Source of the DNA: Guillardia theta CCMP2712
Taxonomy: Eukaryota; Protista; Cryptophyta
NCBI RefSeq assembly: GCF_000315625.1
Contig: NW_005434458.1
Location: forward strand, 1-64,000
Length of the DNA: 64,000 bases
Direction of reading: 5' to 3'
The notes under the pieces are model-generated. The model ran no database searches. It was given only the letters and a program-made list of their open reading frames with translations, and was not told the origin of the DNA. A program made the position numbers and the translations under genes. This document shows, piece after piece, positions 24,101 through 33,482 of this stretch (the first letter of the stretch is position 1; each line of letters begins with the position of its first letter).

Positions 24101-27100
24101 TAGAATTCTGACCGGCGAGGAGCAAAGAGAAGTTAGAGGGGTTGCTGGAGGAGAGCTCCAAGATTGAAATGTTGAAATTTGGCGGGAAAGTGATGTCGAT
24201 GCTGCCGTTGCAAGGAATGGGGTTGAAGAGAGTCATGTTGAGCGCTACCTCAGTTGTGTCTCCTGCTCTGAGACTGCCGAAAGTGAAGAAGGATTCGTTC
24301 AGCACGTGCCTGCCCACCAAGATCGAATGACCCACTGAGGAAGATACAACGAGGTCGGTGAGTTCCGTCGAGCGGTAGAAGAAGACGTCAAGCTGGTATG
24401 ACCCTGAGATGGGAGGCAGTCTGGTGTCTTGAAATAGCACGTCAAACTCCAAGATCTCGATCAAATTCTTGCACCTCTTGGTGATTGGACAGATTTCGCA
24501 CCCTGTCAGATCCTCCCAGGACTGCAAGAGCGAGAGGTTGTGGAAAGTCACCACTGAGTCCTGCACTGAGACGAGCCCGGGGCTCACCAGCATGTCTGCC
24601 CGTCTGACTGCAATCATGCTGACGTCAACTTGCGCCTCCACTGGGAAAGTCACGACGAGAGCAACGGGGAAGGGATGCGAGCGGCTTATCCGCAGATGCA
24701 GCCCAACTGTTAGGGGTTACGTAAGCGGTTACGAATACTTCAGTCAACTAGCTGTCTTATCCGGTCGGTTTGGTTGGTTTGGTAGGTTTTGGTCGAATAA
24801 AATGGATCCGAACTTTCTATACGTTCAGTGAGCGCGATTGTGTTGAGGTTCCTGTTCGCTTGTTAACGCAAGTTATCAAGTTGGTTCAAGTTCACAGAGT
24901 CAAAGCACATCATCAGGATTGTCAATCCCTAACATTGGTAGCGTAAGGTTTGGTTTTTGTTCGAAGTAATTGCGGATTGCGACAATTTGATTTGATTTGA
25001 TCGACAAGGAGCTTGAAAGGTAACCTCTGGATATGCAATCGGATGTAGAAAGGATAAGAAGGTCTCCTGGAGATGGTCCTCTTGGAAGTTCAGGCTTGGC
25101 AGTCATGCTTGACAACTTTAGAAGGAGTTTCGATGAGGAAACGTCTGAAGACAAGACGATGAGGGAAGTTACGACGGTACCTTCTACCTCAGAAGAGGAT
25201 TCGAACGGAAATCAGCGAGACGTCGCGGGATTTTCGAGGATTAATATACCTTCTTATGATGGATCGGTCACGCAACAAGTGCGCGACAGGGAGGGCGCAG
25301 TGGACTTGGAAATTTCCAGGATTGCGTCTCCGGCAGGTTCGACCCGGCCGAGGTTCGAATCAGTGCAGTTTGAAGAATTGGTCGCTGCAAACAAGAAGTT
25401 GCGAGAAGAATTGCAACTCGCAATGGACATGCAAGTAAAGTATGAAGCTTTCGTCAAGGAAGTGATGTTTCGTAAGGAAAGAGAGCTCGTCGAGACAAAA
25501 CAGGAAATCTCTGTCCTTAGGGAAGAAAATAAAAAAAATGTTCGAGGAAATGATGCAACGGTTCAGATTAAATGAATCAGGAGCAGTTCAATACCTTCCG
25601 ATCAAGGAACCAAGAGGGGCTGATGCAACGTGCAAGCAAAATGATACGAGCATGTCGAATGACATGTCAAGTCAGCATGTCAAGCAGCAGTCTTCCCTTG
25701 TGAAGTTTCATTCCAAGGATATTTCTCGATTTAATGGAGAAATGACTCTAGAATATTCCGTTGCAAGTTGGTTTGGGGAGCTTGAGTTTCAATTCCAGCG
25801 TCAAAGAATTCCTCCAGATCAAAAGGTTGACATCGCTGCAACATTAGTTGGTAATCGTGTGAGGAATTGGTTGCAAACATTGCGTGGCGAGGATAGATTA
25901 ATTTCCACACAAGGTACTTGGGAATCATTCAAATCGTTGCTGGTGAAGGAATATTTGTCGTTGTCGCACTTGCAGTATATTCTGGGTGAGATTCAACGTA
26001 CGATACAAGGGTCAGAGGAAAAGACTTCGGATTTTGTCAACAGGTTTTCAGCTTTAGCAAATCATTTTATTGCTTGTTGCATGGTATTATTTCATGGACA
26101 AGGACAAGTCGAGACAGCTTGCACGAGGTTTGGTCTTGAACGGTATTTCGCACAGAATTTGTTCGATGAGGTGACCGCGAGTTTCGTCATGAAGTTGTTG
26201 ATTGACTTGGAAAAGCAAAATGTGAACAAGACTTTGAGTATTGGGAGTTTGTTGCCAGCATTGTATCGAGAAGCTAAGTCCATGGATTTGACAACCGATG
26301 CGTATAGGAATGACAGGTCAACGCATCATGAGGTTTCGTACGATGATGAGTCAGTGGAGGATACCGACGAAGATTCTCAGCATTCATCTTCGACTCAGGA
26401 TGAGCAGGACTTACGTGAATAACATTGGCCCAATGCACTTCGCGCTACTCAATTGAAATGACTTGAGTTGGCTGCCGTTTTCTTGTTATGCAGTATTTTA
26501 ATGATCAGCGAAGTTCATAGAGATGTTTCTCAGATGATAATGCGCTTGGGAGCGTATGTTAGGGGTTACGTAAGCGGTTACGAATACTTCAGTCAACTAG
26601 CTGTCTTATCCGGTCGGTTTGGTTGGTTTGGTAGGTTTTGGTCGAATAAAATGGATCCGAACTTTCTATACGTTCAGTGAGCGCGATTGTGTTGAGGTTC
26701 CTGTTCGCTTGTTAACGCAAGTTATCAAGTTGGTTCAAGTTCACAGAGTCAAAGCACATCATCAGGATTGTCAATCCCTAACACCAACCGTCCTGGTATC
26801 CCCAGCCGAAGCGTTGGTAACCTGGAAGCTAGCTTCCATGCTCAGTAGGCCTCTAGTAGAAGGAGACTGCTCGCTCGCGTGGGGGTCGACAGGCACGAAG
26901 TTGTCGAGGGAGGAAGACTGGAAGTTGGTGAAGCGAGAAGGACAAAGTTGATCGTAAACAATGTCAACGAGCATCAGCCGGTCCAGACCCGCGAAACGAC
27001 CAGCGAGCAGCGAAACATGGACGTCCATCAAGACTGACAGGAAGCTCGTGACGCCTTCACCTCTTGGCACGTCGAGCAGCGTCAAGGAGGCCGTTGGACC

Positions 27101-30100
27101 CGCCAGACTTACCTGAACCTCAAAAGAGCTGGTGATGTTGTTGACTGAGACGTTGCCAATGGTGACGTTGTCAAGTCGGATCACAACCTTGGTTCCGATC
27201 GGAATCGTCTGGTTGAACTTGAGGTCAACCTGCAAACTGGCATGGGCAGAGTTGCCCACGAGCGGACGGGAAACAGGTCGCTGACAAGCGTCCAAAGTTC
27301 CTTTGTGGCTCAAAGAGAAGTTGCCCTGCACAACAGCGGGAGGAAGGAGCAGAGCATCGAAAACAACCTTCAGCCTGGTGTTGAGCTGGTGGTTGTCGAA
27401 GGAGATTGCGAATTGAAAGGAATCCTGACATGACTCCTTCTGAAGGTACCTCAGGTCTAGCTGAAACCATGAATCAGCCTCGATGGAACCTAAGAAAGTG
27501 CACTGCAAGCTGAGGAGCTGGGAAGAGACGTTGGAACTTTGACAAGTCTGCGGTTGACCGTCGATGTGAAGAACGACCTCGGTCTGTCCGAGGAACAAGA
27601 GCGGGCTGAGAGACTCTATGAGGATGATGGAGGATGGCTGGACTGGTTGGCTGATGCGCCCGCTAACGTGAGCATGGATGAGCGAGGGCTCCATGGCTGG
27701 AGTGAGAGCAGCTGAGACGTTGATGCAGCAACTCTCTTCCATCTGCAGCTGCACATCCTGACAGAGAACAGCTTCTGAGCCGCAAGAGAGAGATGGAAGA
27801 ACTTCTGTCATGAGCTGTCGACCTTCCAGTCTAGGGTCGAAGTTTGTAAAGTTGTACACATTCATCATGACAGCAGTGTCGCCGTCGCAAGGGATCTGTG
27901 TCAAGCTCCAGTCACTCTGTGAGGAGTTCCCAGGGTAACGAACTCGCAGCGACTGATTGCCGCAGCATCGACTCAACTTGCAGGCATCGATCAATAGGGA
28001 GAAATTGTTCCGAGCAAAAGGCAAGAGGATGCTAGGAGAAGTTTCGAAACAGTTCTGATGCAGGAATGGCCCGGAAACGCTCAGGTTCCAAGACACTATC
28101 CCATCCACTGACGTTTTGCTGTACGTGTGCTCATGCAGAATGACTTGAAAGTCTCCAGCATATCCAGTGCACAGACTGTTACGGATGTCAAACAATGCGA
28201 ACGAGAAGGGAAGGTCGGACTGAATGTCCTTTGACACCTTGAGGCTGACGTGACCATCGTTAGCCTCAACCAGCTCTAAGGCATTTGTGTTGTTGGCGAA
28301 AGCCCCTCGAGCATTGAAACCAGTAGGAAAGTAGATCGAGAACGTCTCGTTAGCTCTCAGATCAGGTTTGGTGATTGTAACCCACATAGAACCCGTCTCG
28401 TTCACTATAGGATTGTCAAAATGCAACTGACATGTCAAATTCCGCGGCCAAACCCTCAGCTCCCCACTTGACCTGCCCCGTCCAACGATCTTAGAAGTCT
28501 GATCAAAGATGGTGAAAGAAAAAGGATCAAGAAGTTGCGAGCTCCTGGGATTCAGAAAGCCACATACGGCAAAGGAAAGATTGAAAGGTCTCAGATCACT
28601 GTACCTCTTGACGTAGTTGATCTCTATCGCAAAACTTCTGGGAGATGACAAGTTGGAGGAAGGAGTCATGGAGCAATTATCGTCCATCATCATGTTTGAA
28701 CAAGAGATATTCTTTGCACCAGTTTCGGTTCCGTCCACATTCGCAGTAAAGAAGAGATTCGAATCCGACAGACATAGATCCGATAGTTCCAACAGCCTGA
28801 ACCAGAAAAACTGTAAACCGACAGGAAATTCGAGCCGAATTTTCGAAACGACGAACAAATCTTTCAGAAAGAATGAAAACTTGGTCTCTGAGTCCACCAA
28901 TAAGTTCGACCAGCGAGTAGAAACGTTGTATGTTCGAGTTGCCAGCGAAGCACTTTCTACTCTAGAACCGAAACATCCCAGATTCGGGTAGCATGCAAAG
29001 ACCCTAAAAAAATACTGTTTGCCTAACTTGAGATTGCAGCTCACGACACCGTCCAGGTTGCTGCCGTAAGAGTTCCCAAAGAACATATGAAAAGTTGCGT
29101 TGGATAGGTTATATTGCCTGATGAAACCACCCGACGAAACGCCCTTGCTGTCCAAGAAGGTTTTCGGGTCGTAGGATACAATGAATGAATTTGGATCGAA
29201 TTTACAGTAAGTGTCGTTTGTTGAAACATTACAAGAGTCCAGGATAGCTTGATTGGGAGAGATAGAATTACATAGACTTGAATTGCACACCGTGTCGTTG
29301 AAAGAATATAAATTTTGTTTGCACATTTCGCGGAAGTTTTGAATCTCCTTGGATGACGAGCATCCATGGAGAAGGTGCGATTCTCCCTGTCGTGATACGC
29401 TCTGAATGCTCACACAGGAATCTCCAGCGGGACATATTTCAACCCCGCACGTGCGACATCCCTCCGGAAGGAAAATTCCTCTGGTCGTGTAACATCTCAA
29501 CGCGAGCATTCCCGGGTCAAACGAACTTTCACTGTCTGCAAACTGCAACATGAAGTGCGAGGGCTCTTCGAGAAACAATGGCCTACTCCATGCCAACTGC
29601 AATAAAGACACGCCATACTGCGAGAGCATTGGCTGGTAGGGAGGATTAGGGTTGATGGTGAACGGGCCGACGGAGAACTTGGCTCCAACTCTTGTCTCAT
29701 GAAACGCAAATAATGATACCTCGTAAAGCGTAGTGTCTAGCAAAGAATCGAAGACATATTCCGTGACATTCAAGGTCAGTTGTACCGTCGAACAATTCTC
29801 AGTAGCCAACCCCTCACAGCGCATACTTCCTTTGCCGGTCCCCACGTATAGAGTCAAGCTGAAGCCTCTTGCAGACCCGCATGGGTCGCAAGCACAAGAA
29901 GAGTTTGGCAAACCATCCAAGGATGCGGGACAATCCCATCGCACCGAGAGTGAGCTGTTGTCCAACCGATACAACCTCACACGCTGCGGAATCGTTGGAG
30001 CATTCAACATTTGAAAAGCGACATGATTTGATCGTTTTGTGATCAAGTGAGAGATGTTCTGGTTAACACTCCTTACAAGTGCGACTGAAAGATTGTAGAA

Positions 30101-30418
30101 CTGACCGAGCTCCAAGTCTGCCAATTCGAAAGTGACATCATTGCATTGACAAGATTCTAACCATTGAATCTGGGTAGATAGCAGAGGAAAACTTTGAAAC
30201 GATGAGTTTGAACCTTGCGAGGCATCATTGTAAATGTGAACAAGTGTATCGTTATAATCCCAGACTGTCAAGTTCTCCAGCTGAAAATTCAGTACGACGG
30301 CAAGATCCTTGTACTGTTTCACTCGTAGATTGACGGAATCGAAAGATATCGTCCTCTGTGACCAAGACACTTGCAGGGACAATAGGAGACAGAGGAACGT
30401 CGAAACCCCGTGTTTCAT
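6130..30418 (-). CDS. Giant secreted/surface repeat protein (>7,100 aa reconstructed), interrupted by an LTR element
   Basis: Signal peptide from ATG 30418 (MKHGVSTFLCLLLSLQVSWS). Exon 1 = 30418-26784 joined to 24702-8673 (6,555 codons after removing the insertion). Phase-compatible exons follow at 8614-8468, ~8244-7982 and 7755-6515; the last exon and stop are uncertain. Recurrent ~140-170 aa units: AG..(F/L)..xNP(L/I)PxxGx(I/V)x(I/L)xxPxGF..VxN..GxxGxFx(I/L)xT..ID. Confidence 0.85.
13150..13460 (-). other. Discoidin/F5-8 type C-like module inside the giant protein
   Basis: DFGARILICGF..LRFQLSASADGVDF..EFRHVRLTI resembles the SxDGxxW/F..RYVRL motif. Confidence 0.45.
16630..16870 (-). other. 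Fibronectin type II domain inside the giant protein
   Basis: TGSPCVFPFFFRGKNHTSC...RAWCATS...WDYC matches the FN2 consensus CxFPFxxxG..C..WC.T..W.YC. Confidence 0.85.
24708..24934 (+). repeat. 5' LTR
   Basis: TG..CA ends, 8-bp terminal inverted repeat, no difference from 26557-26783 seen by eye. Confidence 0.97.
24936..24948 (+). promoter_or_regulatory. Primer binding site, probably for initiator tRNA-Met
   Basis: TGGTAGCGTAAGG starts 1 nt after the LTR and is complementary to a tRNA 3' end ..GCUACCA (A1-U72 pair typical of eukaryotic iMet). Confidence 0.65.
25033..26422 (+). CDS. gag: Gag (coiled-coil N-terminus plus Ty3/gypsy-like capsid), split by one extra A in the A8 run at ~25531-25538
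   Basis: ORF 25033-25575 joins ORF 25538-26422 as EENKK-MFEEMM if one A is removed. Capsid motifs: RFNG..VASWFGELE..QKVDIAATLVGNRVRNW..TWESFKSLLVKEY..IQGSEEKTSDFVNRF (MHR-like). No CCHC knuckle. Confidence 0.85.
26557..26783 (+). repeat. 3' LTR
   Basis: Copy of 24708-24934, preceded by a short weak purine tract (TTGGGAGCGTA). Confidence 0.97.
28930..30005 (-). other. Two FN3 domains; the second carries a Ly6/uPAR-like Cys-rich insert (~29260-29500)
   Basis: FN3 motifs APTIPQRVRL..SLSVRWDCP..LLDTTLYEVSLFA and PPYQP..LQLAWSRP..LKLGKQYFFRVFAC. Insert reads LRCY..CPAGDSCVS..HGCS..C..CNSSLCN. Confidence 0.65.
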
Positions 30419-31029
30419 GCAAGATCCTCTCCTTGTGCTACTCCTCGCGTCTTGATCCCTTTGATTTGCTTGATGACAACTCATACTTTGACTCGACGCT
30501 GATTTCATTGCTGCAGAGCAGTCTCCCTTACCTTCCCTCCACCCTCGTTTTTGAAAGCTGTGTCCTCCCTATCTCCGTTAAGCTTGCTCCCTCTGGATGA
30601 GTTCGCTCTTGCTACCTCTCGTAGCTGCCCCAAAGCTTCGTTCGCTGCACTGAACGTGTCACTCCCTGAAACAATTTCGGTCTAGTCTTTTACCTTAGAC
30701 ACACTCAAGCTTCGACTATTCCTGCAGATGCATAAGTCATGGATGCTTTATCTGCTCGTCTTTCTGCATGGATTCCTCGTCTCTTTCTTCCTTCGCCCCT
30801 CCTCTCCATCGCGCCGCTCGTCCCCAACAGCCATTCCACCGACTCGGAAATCCACTATCTATCACCCCCCATCCCGCCTTGCTAATTGTACCACCCCATC
30901 AGCGGGTACCCACTCACCCAGTGCATTGAACATTTCATCATCTTTGTAGTGGGGGTGGGGGTAGTGACCCCCGGTGAGTCAATGACAATCGTGAAGGAAG
31001 AGCCGTCAAAATTATGTAGCCCTCATCTC

Positions 31030-31530
31030 CCCAGTGACCCGGGCCCGGCGGCGAGAGCAGGGCGAGAGCAACTGCGAGAGCAACTTGAGTCCAAACTTAG
31101 GTGACACGGCCTCAGACTGCTGAGTGACTGAGCCCGGCCCGGGCTCCAGCCGGCCCCGCGAGCCGGCGGTCAGTCAGGCTCAGCGGCAAGTTACGGGGGA
31201 GGCACAGTGGACCGGGCCACCCTATTAAACTTGTGACAGTGTTTAACACTGAGTCTCGGACACTGGCCGTCACTGGCACCGTCAGTGTCAGTCACCCGGC
31301 CCGATCATCGGATGCCATGATCGGCCCGCCGCGCCGGCATCGTAAGGGCGGAGCGGCAGCCGCCGCCGTCGGGGCCCGCCGCGCCAGCCTGCCTGGCTGT
31401 CACGCCGGCCGGGCTGCCACCCGTGACCCGGCGTCACGGATCTCGGACCCACCGCCGACGGTCATGAGGCGAAGTTGGCCGCAGCGTTAAAGTTGCCGGG
31501 GCCGGGCCCTACTACGGTACAGCTGTGAGT
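31030..31530. other. GC-rich non-coding patch built from CCGG/GTCAC/GAGTC/CCGATCA motifs
   Basis: Same vocabulary as 52700-53130; both contain GAGCAACTTGAGTC. Confidence 0.6.
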
Positions 31531-31634
31531 ATCGGGACTTTAGGCCTTCACAATACTAAGAATTACTCAATCTTTTGACGAGTAAAAATATGAAGAAGAC
31601 TGAAGTGACGCTACTACGGATAGCAACACGGCCG

Positions 31635-31842
31635 GGGGGGCATGAGGGAGTTCGGAGGGAGAGGGAGGGAGAGGGAGGGAGAGGGAGGGAGATCGGAGGG
31701 AGATCGGAGGGAGAGGGAGGGAGGCCGACGGCGGGAGAGGGCGAGAGAGGGACGGAAAGGGAGGGAGAGGGCGGGAGAGGGAGGGAGAGAGCGGGAGAGG
31801 GAGGGAGAGGGAGGGAGAGGGAGGGAGAGGGAGGGAGAGGCT
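31635..31842. repeat. Purine-rich (GGGAGA/GGAG)n low-complexity tract
   Basis: Directly visible. Confidence 0.9.
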
Positions 31843-32199
31843 GAGCCTGGAGAGGAAGTATACAGGAACATGGAAGCTCGAGAAGGTCAGACCGGACCTG
31901 AAGAAGAAAGAGTCCAGGAGGCGAAGAAAGTGCATGGAAGCCCTCAAGGGGGAAGAAAGTGGGAGTAAAAGGGACGAAGAGGAGGAGGCTGAGGCAGTGC
32001 GATGATGGTCTTCAGGGCGGAAGGGAGCAGAAACAAATGCAAACTAGAGGAACGAAGGAAAGACGTTGATGGAAAGTGACGTGAATAGGAGAAGGAGCTA
32101 GAGGGAATGGAAAGAGTCAAAATCAGGAGGAGCACGCAGGGAAGAGAAGTGAACAGGCGGGTGTTGATATATGGAGACAAGACAGATGGAGATGCAGTG

Positions 32200-33420
32200 A
32201 AATGGGCTGCGACACATGTCTAGCAACCTTACGTCATCTCACCTAATTTCAAGTCAATCTGCTTTGACGTTGTCAACTCTGTTCTTGTTGCTGTTTTCTG
32301 GTGAGAGAATCACTGTCAGGGTTCGACGTGCTTGGATTGAGTCGAACTGAATCAGCAGCCATTGGGGAAATGACTTCCTTCCTCTCGTGCTGCGTCAGGT
32401 GATGCTTTTGACTATCATCCTTCTACTCACTTGACTTCGTCATCATCTGCTGACCTCATCTTTCACAGCTCGCGGTCGTCAAACAGTTTTATTTCTTCAC
32501 AGGTGACTTGTTTCCTTCTTGATGTGTCAGACCTAAAGGGAGTGCGGAGAAGGGCCTCGACGTGGAGGAGAAGAGCAAGAAGTGTGGAGTCGGGCTGGTG
32601 TTTCGACCTACCCGAGCTGCAGGTGGGCCCGGGCAAGTTTGTGCTGCCGTGACGCTTGTCAGATGGTCGGGTTGAGCTCAAGGTGTTCTCGCTTATCCCC
32701 AAGAGCCCAGCTGACATGTGCGGGATGATCCGACCCGACGACACGCTGACACGTGAGAACTTTTGACGCCCTCGAGGTCGCGAGGCTCACAGGACGCGCA
32801 GACGTTGATAACATCGACGTGAGTGACTTCACGGTGAACGAAGGTGACGGATCTCCTCCCTCCCCGTCCTCCTCCTCCTCACCCCTTGCAGTCGCGCCGC
32901 TCGTGGTCGGAGAGCGAGGATCGGAAGTTCGTTTGACCTTCAGTCGTGGCGAGGAGGTAGAGGAGGCGAGGACGATTGACTGAGACTGACCTGCTCACTC
33001 TAGGAGTTTCAAGTGACAATCTTGAGGGTGTGGGGGGGTAAGTGAGGGCGACGATGCTGAGAGAGCGAGCACGAGGGCATGAGATGTAGGCGAGCGAGGA
33101 AGAGGTTGCGGGTACACCCGTCCTGCTTCCAGCAGGCGTTTGATGGCATTTGACAAGTTCAAAAAGTAGGTTGTACACAAAAAATAATGAACAGGAAAAG
33201 AGCAGGCGGGCAACCCGACACCTGCGGTCAAACAATGATCTAGTGTTTGCCGAAGAACTCCAGCGAGTCTGTCACGTGACTTCTCAGCTCCTGGGCCCCT
33301 CTTGCACCCAATTCACCTGCTGCTTCCTTGTACTGGCTAGCGCGAGCCGCGAGGGTCTTGACTGGCCTCTCAATGGTCGGCAGGTTGGGATCCTGAGGTT
33401 AAGTCAGACAGACGGCAGGG
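32200..33420 (+). CDS. Multi-exon PDZ domain-containing protein (boundaries approximate)
   Basis: Spliced reading KCGVGLVFRP..VELKVFSLIPKSPADMCGMIRPDDTL..VDNIDVSDF..VAPLVVGERGSEVRLTFSR..EFQVTILR fits a PDZ fold. Confidence 0.65.
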
Positions 33421-33482
33421 TGAGAGCGCAAACTCACCTTGCCGAAGATTATCTTCTCTCTGTCCATCACCTGCCCAGCACG

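Larger units (their letters stand above)
24708..26783 (+). mobile_element. Non-autonomous gag-only LTR retrotransposon (TR-GAG-like), 2,076 bp
   Basis: Two 227-bp LTRs TGTTAGGG...CCCTAACA; 5-bp TSD CCAAC at 24703-24707 and 26784-26788; PBS TGGTAGCG after the 5' LTR; gag present, no PR/RT/RH/IN. Confidence 0.95.

Noticed and set aside
8701-24330. Numerous plus-strand and alternate-frame ORFs, including the 359-aa ORF at 16266-17345
   Set aside because: Antisense or off-frame shadows of the GC3-rich giant ORF, with no independent motifs.
24708-24720. TTAGGG/CCCTAA at the LTR ends as telomeric repeats or telomere targeting
   Set aside because: Single hexamers forming the normal TG..CA terminal inverted repeat; the element inserted in a coding exon, not a telomere.
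31567-32180. ORFs rich in R/E/G or P/S/L
   Set aside because: Translations of purine-rich simple sequence.
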